64,000 nt of DNA from Ophelia neglecta (lineage: Eukaryota), in the NCBI GenBank assembly GCA_965285935.1, contig OZ260665.1, forward strand, positions 65,658,001 to 65,722,000, written 5' to 3'. This document shows positions 53,501-64,000 of the stretch, piece after piece (position 1 is the stretch's first letter; the number at the start of each line of letters is the position of its first letter). The notes beneath the pieces were generated by a model. The model searched no databases. It was not told the origin of the DNA and saw only the letters and a program-made list of their open reading frames with translations. Both the position numbers and the translations under genes were made by a program.

Positions 53501-56500
53501 CTCAGCTCGATGGGTATACAAAACACAAAATTCAAAAAGTCATAATCATTTATATTGCGTGAAAGCACCCAGGGAAAGTTTTGCTCCTAGTACCTTTGAA
53601 CCAAGGTGAAGTCTGCTTTGGACCGAGCCGGCAAAGATTCCTAGATATAATTTATACCTATCAACAATAGATTGAGAATCACACGATAGAGCGCCATTTT
53701 GATTTGTCAAAAAGATGATCATATTCTGATCAATTTCCTTAAGTTATTAGATTTTGATTGAAGGATCGCCTCCCTCGGAATTTCCTACCCACAATACAGT
53801 CTACTAGACAAGTCGGGCTTCGTGGTATAGCGAAGGCAAAACTGCTTTTTATATTTGACGAATCGTTGTGTCATAAAATTTCTCAGAACAGATAATATAA
53901 ATTACTCAACTTAATCTTCCCCTCTGTAGGCATTCCATCCAAGATAAAACCTGAATTGGTGTCTTCGTTCCCAATTCATTGTGGAAGAATAACAGCAGCA
54001 TACATGAAAATAAGTTAATATACATGACATAATTATTCATACACAAATTCTATTAGCCCTATGTGGTTTCAACCGGCTGCCCCAAACATACTTTATCAGA
54101 GCGATATCAGACTGGAATGTTGAAGTTCGGATTCAATCATCCAGCTGGTTCATAAATATGGCAAAACACAGCTTGAATATAATGTCATCTCTTTAAATTA
54201 TAAATTGTATAGAACGACTTAATTTGAGTTGTCAAACTTTCAAGTCCTCAATGTCAGTACCAGGGCAATTAGGCACATTATTTTGTCATTTGTAATCTGG
54301 AACAATGAACGCAGCATATGAGCTAAGGTCTCGTGGTTTGGTCGCGGAAGTCTTGAAAATCAATACGCCTTTCTCATCATCACCTGAACATGTTTGATAT
54401 ACTTAAAAATAAAGCACACGTGGCTTAGAATAAAACTGTTTGAAAATTTGGCTTCCTTAAAGTCCTTCTTTCCATTCATTAAGCACTGTTGCAAGTGTGA
54501 AAGTGAGAAGGTGGACATTGGAATATACTTAATGTTACTAGATTAAATACGGCTTTGGGAGTTCCTGCTTTCTATATATGGCATGCAGTAATTTCCGGCT
54601 TATATCGCCACTTTATGGCAGCTGCATTTTAAAGTAGATATGTATGTTTGGCCAGGTGTCAATCACATGACAACAATTGGTAGACAGTTACATCGATGTG
54701 ACTGTGATCATTCTTCCTGTCGCACTGCGCTGTTTATCGGACATTTGGGCCTGAGATACAGAAGCTTACCTTCTTATGTAGTGGCAGTTTCATAACACCG
54801 GAAATTGCCAAGAACAAAACACGGACTACAATTTCTCTCGTATACCTGGGAGTAAGAAACCCTGGCTTCCTCGTCTCAGCATACACCCATAGACCGAATC
54901 GACTTTATTAGCTAGTTATCTGCCCACGCCTACCATTCATGTTGATTTCTTTGTAGGAGGCATAATGGCGAAGATGGGAAATTTACAATATGTCAGGTGT
55001 GGGTACTCAATGTGGGTTTCCAATCTCCGACTTATTAGTCACCATACCCAAAACAAGCAAGCTATAGTGGAAACACGTATATTAACAGACCGAAGGCAGT
55101 GACATAGTAAAAGAAAGTATATACCAGTATCAAGAATAAAATACCGGGACGAACAAGGAAGATACCTGAAATATATTGATAAAAACATGAGTTTCTTAGG
55201 TCTGTAAAATCCTATATGAGTAATAATTATTTTTGTTCTTATCAAAACTCCTTAATGTGAATACATAGCAAAACAAATGAACTGTTAGGTGCACCCTAAA
55301 GTTTCTTTGAAAATAACTTGGGAAGAGTTTGACTGATAATATTTCAAACTTCTACATGAGCTTTTTAATTGCATATTAGTTTATTATTGATAGATATATT
55401 TTTTCAACAAATTATTAAGACTTGTTTAAGCTGCATGAAGAGTATGATAATCTTCCAAAAACAAAGTGTCCGAATATGATCACTCCTCTCCGTTGTAGGA
55501 TTTGTCACTAGATTTTTCAAGTTGATGTATGACCTATTTTATATTACCTAGTCCAGTTCTGTCCACAGAGCAACAAACATAATTCAGAAAGAATTGTTGC
55601 TGCTTGCGCACTGACATTGAAAATTGCCGTAGATATCGCCTGCTCTAAATACTACTTTTTTTTTTCAATTTCTTGGTTTTCCGTTACGTCGTCTTTTCAG
55701 TCTGTAATACTTCAATCACATGTATTTCGTTCAGCTTGTTCTATGCAGGTATTTGTTCTGTACATTGAATTCTTGTACATCTTCAGTGGCCCTTTTACAA
55801 TCGGAAACACATTGTACAATTGTTGCATGTTTTGAAGAATGCTCATTTGGTCAATCGATGATTTGAATTTACACCATAATGGCTGATACAGAAACTTAAT
55901 TTGGGTAAAATTCAAGGAAAATTCCTAGGTTGCGAACATACTTGCCGTCAACATTCCCTCAGTGAAGGTATACTTGCTTAAAAGAAAGAAATATGCATAC
56001 ATTCAATGAGTACTGCACCAGCGATCGCTTATTTCTCTTGTATGTTTGGACATTCTGCATCCTGTGAGAGTAAAGGCACTGGTCCAAGGAGGGGGGAATG
56101 TTACCATACTTGCCAATACTGTGACTGCTTTATGCACTATTACCTTTAGTTGGGACGACCAGTTAACTCCAGAAACATGTCAAACGTGTTTATGGACGCT
56201 CCGTACCACCCATTGCTGAGTCCTTTGTCTCGACGTCTGGCCATGACAGCCACTCGATCAACACAATTAAGTTCTTCTTATATGAATGAAATCCAATGTC
56301 CGTGTGAGGATACGGTTTCAAGGAAAATCAATACCTATCATTTTCGTAAATTGTGACAGGCTGTAAAAGGCTGATGATGAAGTTAACTACTTCCGCCCCG
56401 GGAGACACACAGGCGGGCTAGGAGTGTGTCGGAGACTTCTGTGGGACATCTCGGAGCAATCTTCAAGACCGATCTTTCACATTATAATTAGTCATTCACT

Positions 56501-58745
56501 TATCACGCAAAAAGACATGTCATCCTTAGACTAGACAGACCCAGGATCAACAAGTACTTGACATAACGTGCCTGTGCATCCAGTTGTTTTATATAAAATA
56601 TATAGACAGGGTAAATATGTCTTATTTATAAACAATTCCAAACGTCTTGTCAAAGGGCAAAACGTTAGGCCTATCTGATTATAACAATCCACCTGAGCAG
56701 GGCATATCGCCAGCAGACTTGGCCTGGTCGTATCAAACATTCAATAAATACAATCGACCAAGTTGATAAACTGTATAATTTTCATAAGTGGCTAGGCATA
56801 TGAGATCCAAAACATCCCTAGTTTCATTTGAAACATTTCATTAAACTTAGAAATCAAAAGTTTTTATTGTCAGAAGTCAAGTTATTTGTCCCAATCGATT
56901 TCTTGAATACTTGGTTGACATTTAAGTAAGTGACATAGATTAAGTCGTCTCCATTGCCGTCAATTGCGACAAGCGCCCTCGACGTCAGTTACATGCAGGC
57001 AACAAACAATCAAACGCAAATAGAGCCGTAGACAAGTTCTGAAGGACTTTTAGAGGGAGAAGCTTGCGTCTGAGCATTTTTACGGACTTCCTGCTGATCA
57101 CGTACTTAGTAAAGACCTGCTTCCTTTTGCGACCAACTCAGTGTATAAATCAAATGGTATCTCAGAGTTGTCAAACCGAGAACGAAAGTTTTATAGCTAC
57201 AAACAGGGAGTCAGGAAAACCCTCAAATATTTCCACTGTTCCTTACTATTGCGATCAGTTGAGAGGTTTGTATTTAGGACATCTGAAGAAAAAACTCATT
57301 CCGAAAAGGAAAACTTAAAAATTCACCATGCTGCTAATCTGTTTTTATTCTAAATACAGGCGAGCAATAAAACAGTAAATCCATGATAAACGGAGTTGAA
57401 TCTTGTATTGATTGACTATCATGTTATAATTTCTTTGTTCCTAGTTGAAATTCAACCACGTTATATTAATTAATATGGCGGTAGAAGAGTCATCCTGAAA
57501 ACTGGTTAAAAAAATCCTAAGACCTGATAATGCACAAACTAAAACAAGAATACTATTTGGGGGCTTTTATAAGTAATTTACAACTCCAGCATTTGACCAC
57601 AACAGTGTGTATTCCCCGTGGCATGTACCCTGGACCCTATTTACCAAGGTAACCTTTTAACGAGAATTTAAACATTTACAATGGTATCGGTTTGAAAATT
57701 GCAACAGATTTCTTAGGCTATCTGATACGTTTCACATTAAATTTGAGCTTTAGGGTTCAAGCAAGGTGATATATGTCAACTTCCTGTGTAAGGATACGCT
57801 TAGGACACAAGTTTTTGAAAGATTTCATATTGAAACGCAAAAAGATCAGACACAATTCCCGGCAGCGTGTTTTGTTATCAAAATTATTTGATTTTGTGTT
57901 ATTTCAAAATGGAAATTAGGTAACTTGATGCCAGACGGGTATAGATAAGGTAGACAGTTAAAGGCCATGAAAAATATATGCGTCATAAACATCAGAAGAG
58001 TCTCTCTTCTTTTCATTAAAATATTCATCCACTGCTTACTGTTGATGGTTGAGAGAGAAAAGTGTAGAATATTAGGTCAACCGTAAGGCCACACTTATCA
58101 CAGACTGATAATCATAAACATCATAGACATGGGAGTTTTCAAGACGACCAAAGCTGTCGTCTGATATCTGGCCGAAGAAAGGGGTGTTCTTTTAACACTA
58201 TCTGACAGTGGCCACTGAGAGGCGGCCGACCCGCCGCTGAGATACAAAAACATCGTCGCCTAATGCCTACCATCAAGATTTAACCTCAATTGACGAAGTG
58301 TCTTCCATAGATCTGACACGGGTTCTGCCAGATATTCTTAGACCAATAGGGGAATGACTGGTAAAATCACGCACCATTTAAACCGGTCATAGGCCTATAG
58401 TAAGTAATCTATACGCGCACAGTGAATGTGTAAATGCGAACGCCCAACGTATGTACTTCCGGGCAGTAAGTTACCTTAATTATTGTGCGCACATAACCAG
58501 GTATGAGGTGTTAACGATACACATACGGAATGCGCAACTTACTGCTCCAAATTACCAGGCATTGCCCTTTATACGTTGTAAATGGGCTTAAAACTAACTT
58601 AGTTTATACTAAAGTAAAAGGCAAAACGTCGGTCTCTCTGCCACCTTATCATTAAATATATAACAACATTAAAATATCTAATGTTTGGTAAAAAACATAT
58701 TTGAGTGCCATCATTATGGAGCACAAGAAATGGCCATATTTATAC

Positions 58746-58899
58746 CTTGGAGAGAATTCATTGGTGAGATCAGTCTCACTGCTGAAATCATGAGAAAACG
58801 CAGCTGTTAATTTCCCACGTTTCCTTTCAACAGTCTCCGGCGCGACGCAGTCTGTAGGCAAAACCTCGAAAGCATTTAGAGTTTTTTCTCCAACTTCCA
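58746..58899 (-). other. Orphan exon-like segment (154 nt) of unknown gene or pseudogene
   Basis: Bounded by atcatAG|TGGAAG and CCAAG|GTATAA. One open frame reads (V)EVGEKTLNAFEVLPTDCVAPETVERKRGKLTAAFSHDFSSETDLTNEFSPR. No recognisable domain and no confidently joined neighbouring exon. Confidence 0.22.
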
Positions 58900-61800
58900 C
58901 TATGATATATATTCAAATCCAAGGCCCACTCCTTTAAATTAATGACTAACACTGCAAAGGGCGGGAACACATGGTAAAATAATCAATAAACGAATTGCTC
59001 TTTCTTGTAATTCTATTGTATATTACCTACGTCTGCCATTTTTTGGTTGTAGGCCTAGTTAATAATTATCTTAATGTAGGTCTATCAAAAGCACAAAACG
59101 TTCGGCATTATAATTATAACACACGATAAACCAACAAGAAGTGCAACGTAGAAAGAATGGGTCACGCCTGCAGCTGTGACAACCGAGACAAATCACGTGC
59201 CTCGCAGTATGTAAAGCAACCATAGATTAAGATACTTTGAATGATGGGATTCAGAATTTGGCACCTACCGTATTCTGTCTTCATCCAGCAATTCCGAAGT
59301 AAAGTCAGAAAAGTCTAAGACAGCTTTGTTCTGCGCTGGTCAAATCACACAGAACTCCACTTTCGATTCTTTACACACTTATTGTGTTTGAATAATTTAT
59401 AGGGGAATACGTGATGATTGCAAACAGTTGTGACTACTTCAAAGGAGACCACTGCCTATTTACACATACACCGGAGCCATTCCGACCCAAATCAGGCGGA
59501 TGAGAGGGATTGAGGTTCAGCTGCTCAGAATCTCCGGTTAGCATACAGCCCGCAAGCCCTCCCTGCAATGGATGGGCAATTGCCGGGCAGACGGCCAGAA
59601 AAAACGGAAGCCGCCGACTTGTTGTGCCTGTTGCTGGACATTCTGCAGTCTGAAAGTCTTTCACCATGTACTTACTTGCCAGCCACCTTTCGTTCACGAC
59701 CTGTTCATGGCTTATTTGAATACCTGCTAGGAGATCCGAGGTAAAAACCGATATAGGCCTAGATGGGGAAAACATGTAAATGTTGTGTTGGCGTCTGGTT
59801 AGAGATTGGCTTATGGTAACACACCACCTGAAATATCCCATCCTTAATCCTAATTGTGTTTATTCTGATCCAAATACCTTTTCCGTTAATACCTACTGTA
59901 TTTTTGTGGTTTGTACTTATCATGTCATCTTTCTTCATTTCTCTTCCTTGCCTATTTTTTTCCCCGCGTTTTGGCCTATAGTATTTTTATTCGAACAAAT
60001 CACGAACTAAAAATGCAATATTAAATTGTGAGGCACATGAGTTGACTGACATGAAAATGGGTAAATTGTATGGAGCCCTACCGGAAGGAACAGCGAGGTG
60101 CAGTTCCGTCAGGAAGGAAATGTTTAGACCTATCAATCTTGTTACTTTTGAACTACTTTATTGAGCAAGATGAAGGGACGCGGCGACCATAATAAGTTAT
60201 TACATGCTCTGATTGATAAGATATTTCATCTGGACACCTGTGCTGGTTCCATTTAATCCAACGTAACCGCACGTCACGTAAATTACTAAATATGCTTTCC
60301 CAGACGTCATAAACATTCTTCCGGTGCAGGCTCCTGTCCAGGCAACTGATTAGTTCTGATTTAGGTTTTATCATTTGTTTTATGAACTTAATAATTGCAT
60401 AAATTAGATACCCTGCACATGTTGACTTGCATAGGTTTTGTTACATATAACCTAGAGGGCATGATAGCCCTCATTAGCAGATTATCTATGGCAGATAGGC
60501 TATACGTCAGGCTTTGGACCACGACCCGATGGCCGATGTAAAAAAAGCTGTTAGTAGGTAATATTCTTTTAGCAATGCCTTAAATCTATTTGTCTATTTT
60601 CTTGCTTTGACCGCCATACGAACACCTACGATTGAATTTAGCAAAGGTTAACTTGTTTCGTTTTGATTCTGACATAGGCCCGATCGGAAATTAAAACAAT
60701 TGTTTGTCGTCTATGGTACCAAGCTGTGTTTAAACAGGTGGGAGAGAGGCTGTTCGAATTGGCTGACAAGGAAGCAGGCTTTTTGACGTAACACAGAATT
60801 GTGGAGTTATTGATGTCTCCGCGCGTGCCAGTCCAACTTCTGAGCAATCTCGGTTCTCTAAATAAGCTCATGATTCAGGACATATTTTCCTGACAGGAAA
60901 TGATCGGGGCCATGTTACTCGGTCCCGTTGAGCCGATTGCATCGTGATGCGATCGCGATACGAAAACAAAATAAGCTCCATACCCTCGAATCGCGGAGCT
61001 GAAGACTTGACTATTGAGAACTCCCCGGGAAACTTGCATAGGCTTTTCTTGGTGCCTTGCTTTGTGGCCACGAACTTCGAGACGTGTTTAGGTTGCACTT
61101 GAGGTGTGTTTATCTATCTTTCTACTCAGCTCATCTAGGCCGGATGTGAAGTATATTTGCAATGTTACGCTCAGTGATTCGGGGCTAACTAAACTCGCCA
61201 TGGCCAAACATAAAATAATGTAAGCTTTGCACCGGCAGGAATAGGCAGCCGAGTTTCTGCACCCCTTGCCAATATATGCTAGTTCTGTGTTGACCTGATT
61301 TCGCCTTGGCTTTATCGTAATTTGCTTAAGCTATATAAATACTCGCGCTTTATGAAAGTGCTGTGTATATATACAGATACAAGAACCAGAAAACCCGGGG
61401 CCATGGCGAGCTCCCTGGACATTTTCTCCAACTAAATGTTGAGACTTGAATCTGCACATTCAAATATTACAGTGGTTGAATCGGAAACCTGCTCCTGCTC
61501 GTTTTGCTGACAGACGTGTTCGTCTGCGCCAATAATATGACCTTGCCCAGTTCTGCTAAAAAAAAGTGCAAAATGCCCAAGAATCGCACGAAAAGACACT
61601 TAAACTTTCTATTTAATACACAGGCACATAAATCAGTTTCGTTTTTCTTTTTTAAACCTTCTACTGTGCATATGAAGAATTTATAAATAAACAGCAGAAG
61701 GATATGAGGGAGGCATTTTCCAGCTCGCCACTGGGCTCGATACAGCCCTCTCCACAACCGTGGCCGAGTCGAACCACATTGGCACAACCTACTCCGACTC

Positions 61801-61929
61801 AGGACAGTCACTGGCTGTCTACAGTCGGAGTGTTCTGAGCCACTGTGGATTGTGTATTTCTTTTGACTGGCCATTTATCGAACTGACGCGGACCATCGTA
61901 TATGACGTGATTATCTTCTTGCATCATGG

Positions 61930-62081
61930 ATTATTCTTTTGCCCAATGCAAATGGTGAATTTATAAATTGGGTCCTTGTTATATTATTCTTTTGCCACAT
62001 GCAAATGGTAAATTATTTAAAGGGATCATCTACAGATTTTTCTTTTTCCACATCCATATGATGAATTTATAAATGGGATCC
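61930..62081. repeat. 53-bp tandem repeat, ~3 copies
   Basis: ATTATTCTTTTGCC..ATGCAAATGGT..ATT..T.AA.GG.TC at 61930, 61983 and about 62036. Confidence 0.8.
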
Positions 62082-62224
62082 TCTTCATAGATATAATATA
62101 AGTTTAGGAACTGATGCACCAAGGAGTCATGGACGTACTTTGAGGCTTCGAGTATACAACAATTTTTTCAGGCAACCACCAGAAAGCTTTTAGCTTCACA
62201 AAGGAAGCAGCCTTCTTGAATCAT

Positions 62225-62945
62225 TGCTGACTCAAATGTGTGTCTAGAAGCTGCATTCATGACGCCATGGTGCCACAAGATGCTTCTTTGTGCCCTCTTG
62301 ACTCCATTTTATTACAAGAGGCCTCTTGGCGGCCCGGGTGCCCAGCTCCATGGTGCCCATAGAAGCAACATAGTTGATGCATGACTTCATCGTTCAAACA
62401 GAGGCTTGGTGATTATGGATGACTCTATTGTGCCACTACAAGCCTCATGCATTAGGAGAAATGACTGACTAAATTCTGCCGCTTTCAGGCCTAGAAAAGT
62501 GATTCCATATTGCGCTGATAGACGACTCTTGGTATATACTTGATTCCATTGTTCCATTATAAGGCCTCTTGTTGATGCGTAACTCATACGAGCCACTAGA
62601 AATCACTTTGTATAGGAGCTTGACTCAAATATACGACTAGAGTCCCTTTGAATGATACTTGACTCCACTAGATGATTTGTACCACTAGAAGACTCTTGCA
62701 TGCATTTCTGACATTGCTCGTATATCCCTGATTCCAGTGTGCCACTAGAGTGCCAATGGTGTTGGCTGACTCCATTGTGCCACTACAGACCTGAGGAGAA
62801 ATGGCTGACTCCATTGTGTCTCTTAAGGCTTCATGGTAGATGCCCGACTCCATTGTGCCAGGAGAGTCTTCTAAGTTAATGGCTGACTCCGTTGTGCCAG
62901 GAGAGTCTTCTTAGTTGATGGCTGACTCCGTTGTGCCACTAGAGG
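62225..62945. repeat. Degenerate 39-bp tandem array (~19 units), consensus about GACTCCATTGTGCCACTAGARGCYTCTTGGTTGATGGCT
   Basis: Core starts at 62229, 62261, 62300, 62344, 62383, 62421, 62467, 62501, 62542, 62581, 62622, 62661, 62710, 62730, 62768, 62807, 62846, 62885 and 62924. The last five are spaced exactly 39 bp apart. Confidence 0.88.
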
Positions 62946-63400
62946 GACCATCTGGCGATCTTTCTGATCTTTATAGTAAAAAAACCAATTATCTAATAAA
63001 TATATTATTACATGACGATGATTATATTGGTTACTATAGTAGACAAATTGATCAGACTTTTTATTCTAAATTCTATTTTAGCTAATTATGAAATAAATGT
63101 CATATATGACCATTTCGATAGTAAATAATTTATTTTGAATTAATTATTTCCATTATATTTTTATACAGGACATACTTGTGACAAATCAATTAATAATAAT
63201 TACAATTTTATTAAAGTTATTCTTTTGGAAATGTGCACCACGGTCAACTCCGCAAGTAACATTTGGAGAGGTAGGGGAAGGTTGGGTTTGATTTCTCATT
63301 AATCCTGGCATACAGGTATATATTTAGATTTAATATACATAGTATTCAATATACTCTCAAACCAAAGTTGTCATACGCTATACTAATAGCCTCTAAAGTG

Positions 63401-63644
63401 GGCATACTGGAAAAGCTGATACGAAATACCAGATACGAGACGCAGATACGAGATGCGAGGTGTTTTAAACGTAGCCATATGGACTAGGTTAGGGTTAGGG
63501 TGAAGGATAAAGTAAGTTATGGTTTAGTTAGGTTGCTAGCTTAACCCTACCCCTTACCCTATCATAATCCAACTAAATCTTAATTTTTCGTATCTGTGTA
63601 TCTCGTATTTCCTTCGTATTTCGTATCAGGTTTTCCAGTATGCC
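63401..63644. mobile_element. Intact MITE, Mutator(MULE)-like, 244 bp
   Basis: 29-bp TIRs GGCATACTGGAAAAGCTGATACGAAATAC / GTATTTCGTATCAGGTTTTCCAGTATGCC with 1 mismatch. Perfect 9-bp TSD TCTAAAGTG at 63392-63400 and 63645-63653. Subterminal GATACGA repeats and internal GGTTAGGGTTAGGG / TAACCCTA motifs. Confidence 0.9.
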
Positions 63645-64000
63645 TCTAAAGTGCACGGGTTTGCACGGTCACACCTGACTGCCTTTTTGGCCGTCGCCGG
63701 TCAGCTTGTAGACAACTGAAAGCTCCAATGCTCGATGTAGAAGACGATAATCGGCAAGCAATACTGCAATGATTGAAATAGACTAGGAATATTAGCGACA
63801 TTTGATTTACGGAAACCATCAACGAGGCATCTCCGTAAGTATTCTCTCTTGAGTTGTCCCTGAGAACACTATGTTTTTCCACATTCGTTACGCTGCTTGT
63901 AGATACAGCATTCAGCAATGGCGGCACATGGGCATTGTGCTAGCTCCACTACCAGAACTGTTGGAATCGCCTCCTGTGCCCATACTGGAATGAATTCATT

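Noticed and set aside
62225-62945. CRISPR array interpretation of the 39-bp repeat
   Set aside because: The variable segments are only about 17 nt and homologous to one another, the cores are too degenerate, there are no cas genes, and the context is eukaryotic.
63646-63927. 93-aa minus-strand ORF apparently truncated by the MITE
   Set aside because: Its stop codon lies inside the TSD, so it would also exist in the empty site. No recognisable domain.

Overview
AT-rich, intron-containing animal genomic DNA. The repeat families resemble those of molluscs and other marine invertebrates; this taxonomic reading is an inference. One intact protein-coding gene is well supported: a secreted laccase-type multicopper oxidase on the + strand, with 4 exons (38036-38395, 38525-38776, 42346-42495, 42792-44018), about 662 aa and all four copper-binding motifs. 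The rest is intergenic or intronic. It holds a decayed CR1/L2-like LINE reverse transcriptase, a SINE-like fragment, a Helitron/HINE-like tandem-repeat element in laccase intron 2, an intact 244-bp MITE with 29-bp TIRs and a 9-bp TSD, and many two-copy local tandem duplications. Two of those duplications span laccase splice sites, and in each the redundant site is mutated. There is also a decayed 39-bp (13-codon) array near the right end. I found no rRNA, tRNA gene, CRISPR-Cas or prokaryotic operon. I cannot support a wholly new biological system from this sequence; the best leads are listed under findings. Most short ORFs in the track look spurious.
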